Shown in pieces: positions 10,776-12,542 of a DNA stretch of 12,542 nt. The translations under genes were made by a program, and so were the position numbers. The DNA lies in the NCBI GenBank assembly GCA_002104945.1, contig MCFH01000228.1, positions 1 through 12,542 on the forward strand, written 5' to 3'. The notes beneath the pieces are model-generated. The model did no database searches and was not told the DNA's origin. It saw nothing but the letters and a program-made list of their open reading frames with translations. Numbering within the stretch: position 1 is the stretch's first letter; every line of letters begins with the position of its first letter. This stretch comes from Piromyces finnis finn (taxonomy: Eukaryota > Fungi > Neocallimastigomycota).

Positions 10776-10845
10776 CAAAATTTTGATCTTTGGCTCGGTG
10801 TCCCATTGGAAGTCAAATACAATTATTATACTTTAGTATGATAGT
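10761..10845 (+). other. Candidate structured RNA element: three consecutive hairpins spanning the ORF2 stop codon and the start of the 3' UTR (second copy at 12242-12326)
   Basis: Hairpin A is 10761-10782 (9 bp, loop ccat). Hairpin B is 10789-10817 (10 bp with a 5-nt bulge, loop catt). Hairpin C is 10822-10845 (10 bp, loop ttta). Pairing was assigned by eye, with no energy calculation. Confidence 0.55.
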
Positions 10846-11011
10846 GGCTTTCTTACTTTAATTAAAATTACTAGAATACATTATACCCAATTTTTATTCA
10901 TTTGTGTTTATTTAAACATATTTTTTTTATTTTTAATTTATTTTTAATTTTTTATTACATGTATTATAATTTTAATTAAATTAATAATAAAGTTTAAAAA
11001 TATTTGATGCC

Positions 11012-11014
<3 letters not shown>

Positions 11015-11049
<35 letters not shown>
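11015..11049 (+). repeat. Poly(A) tail (A35) of the young LINE
   Basis: 35 uninterrupted A follow ...gatgccgtt and are followed at once by the right TSD. Confidence 0.93.
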
Positions 11050-11051
<2 letters not shown>

Positions 11052-11062
11052 CTAAAGAGAGT
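11050..11062 (+). repeat. Right target-site duplication of the young LINE (tgctaaagagagt)
   Basis: Identical to 8364-8376. Confidence 0.93.
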
Positions 11063-11243
11063 TAATGAATAGGTTTTGTATAATGAAATGGAATTATCCA
11101 GAAATGTTCAGCGATGGTGATTTGTTCTGAATCATTAGAAAATTAGAACAAGAAAGACCCAACATTTTATTTAGCAGGAAAACCCATTCTAACTACTGAT
11201 TGCTACACTTATTTTGGTATTCCATTTGATAGAATTTGTCTCT

Positions 11244-11267
11244 TAAAAGTTTAAAATATTTGATGCC

Positions 11268-11299
<32 letters not shown>
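11244..11299 (+). mobile_element. 56-bp retro-insertion: the terminal 27 nt of the young element plus A29, inserted into the old copy with TSD ttgtctct (11236-11243 / 11300-11307)
   Basis: taaaagtttaaaatatttgatgccgtt(A29) compares with taaagtttaaaaatatttgatgccgtt(A35) at 10988-11049; one A is shifted between the two runs. Removing the insert and one TSD restores collinearity with 9377-9400 (gaatttgtcccttaaaccagtaatt). The TSD extends to about 12 bp with one indel. Confidence 0.9.
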
Positions 11300-11302
<3 letters not shown>

Positions 11303-12542
11303 TCTCTAAAACAGTAATTAAAGTTTTTAATAACAAGGTTTTGAAAGGACTTTTCTCAGTCAGTAGATTCTTAAGAAATTCTAATATTCCTATTTCTTTC
11401 AAATAACTCACATGTGATCAACAGAGTTTCATACTTTGTACCATTACTTGGATCCAACAAAGCTAGGTCTAGGATTGCTCAGAAGCATGTTAACAAAGGA
11501 ATACAATGGGTTGCAGAAGTTCATAAAGCTGTATTGTTTATATCTCTATACTCCATTTCAAAAGACTTGAATATTGCATATTCCTCTATTGTCAGCCAAA
11601 TGCGAATTAGCTCAAGTTAGATGCTTTAACAAGTGGAAAATCAAGTAGGACTCTTGATAAAAAATTAAAGAAGCATGGAGATGTTAAAGCAGTTAAAAAC
11701 TTTAATTGGAAAGATCTTAAAGGAAATTCAATCAAAGCGCAATATTATGTTGATAATAAATTTATTGAAACTAAAGATTTTATTAAATTATATTATGAGT
11801 ACCCAGAGTTTGCCTATGGTTTCTTCTGGCTATTGAAAGCAAGAAGCGGATACAAGTTAGATGCTAGAAATATATATATTAATTCTAATTTAGATAATTA
11901 TTTAGTTAATAATAGCAATGATTCAAATAATCCGGTAAATATTAATGTGTATGATTATTTTAGTGTGTGCAGTAAAATATTTAAATTCCTTCTTGGGGGA
12001 AGAAGGTTTAACAATATCAATTCCAATTCAAGGGAATGGAAAGAATTTTGCAAGTGCCATCGGGCACTTATGAAGGAACACCATTTTTGACGGTAACAGC
12101 GGAACTTCTAACCAAGATCATACCTTTTGCTATTGGTCAGTAATGATCAATGTTCAAAAGATTTGAAGCAATACCCAAGAGCGTCAATGCTGAAGAAACA
12201 GTAAAACAGGCCAGGAAGCCAGCGCAACCAATGGAGATCATAATTTTGTCCCATGATAAAATTTTGATCTTTGACTGGGTGTCCCATTGGAAGTCAAATG
12301 CAATTATTGTACTTTAGTATAATAGTGGCTTTCTTACTTTAATTAAAATTACTAGAATATATTATACCCAATTTTTATTCATTTGTATTTATTTAAACAT
12401 ATTTTTTTTTTTTAATTTTTATTTTTTTATTTTCATTTTAATTTTGTTTTTTATACCATTTATTATAATTTTAATTAAATTAATAATATATATATTTATA
12501 TTCATTCATTGAACTTTAATTATTATTTTATTTACATGAAGT

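Larger units (their letters stand above)
8377..11049 (+). mobile_element. Younger 5'-truncated non-LTR retrotransposon (LINE-like), about 2.67 kb, ending in a pure A35 tail and flanked by a 13-bp TSD
   Basis: It has an RT coding region, a CCHC knuckle, a 3' UTR (10776-11014), poly(A) at 11015-11049 and the TSD. No endonuclease or ORF1 is present, because the copy starts just before the RT N-terminal KASGPDG motif. The clade cannot be assigned without a phylogeny. Confidence 0.95.
11050..12488 (+). mobile_element. Older degenerate copy of the same LINE family (3' part of RT through 3' UTR), with stops, frameshifts and internal deletions
   Basis: It is collinear with 9190-10989 of the young copy. 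TGG has become TAG at RVNE*. It has small deletions, a deletion of about 68 bp at 11640/11641, a 370-bp deletion with an 11-nt filler at 11869-11879, and a 7-bp tandem duplication at 11569-11582. Homology stops at ...ttaattaaattaataata (12488), with no terminal module and no poly(A). Confidence 0.94.

Noticed and set aside
11193-11411. 72-aa minus-strand ORF with a poly-Phe run
   Set aside because: It is antisense to the decayed LINE, and the poly-Phe is the A29 tail read backwards.
8328-12502. tatttatatt at 8328-8337 and 12493-12502 as a TSD of the old copy
   Set aside because: It is an AT-only 10-mer that is not flush with either homology boundary, and such matches are expected by chance here.

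Overview
This is an extremely AT-rich eukaryotic window. The base composition, codon usage and LINE content fit an anaerobic gut fungus (Neocallimastigomycota), which is an inference only. Positions 1-6007 are essentially non-coding and contain a near-perfect 210-bp tandem duplication and a 28-bp tandem duplication just upstream of the one gene. That gene is an intact, intron-free, eukaryote-type myo-inositol-1-phosphate synthase (INO1, 6008-7531, +). Positions 8351-12488 are a nest of three same-strand non-LTR retrotransposon (LINE-like) insertions. (i) An old, decayed, 5'-truncated host copy survives as a stub at 8351-8376 plus 11050-12488. (ii) A younger 2.67-kb 5'-truncated relative (8377-11049; RT, CCHC knuckle, 3' UTR, A35) is inserted into it with a perfect 13-bp TSD. 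(iii) A 56-bp insertion (11244-11299), made only of the terminal 27 nt of the young element plus A29, sits in the same host copy with its own 8-bp TSD. That 27-nt terminal module is almost exactly the segment missing from the end of the old copy. Comparing the two long copies also reveals three consecutive hairpins at the start of the 3' UTR in which every stem substitution keeps pairing.
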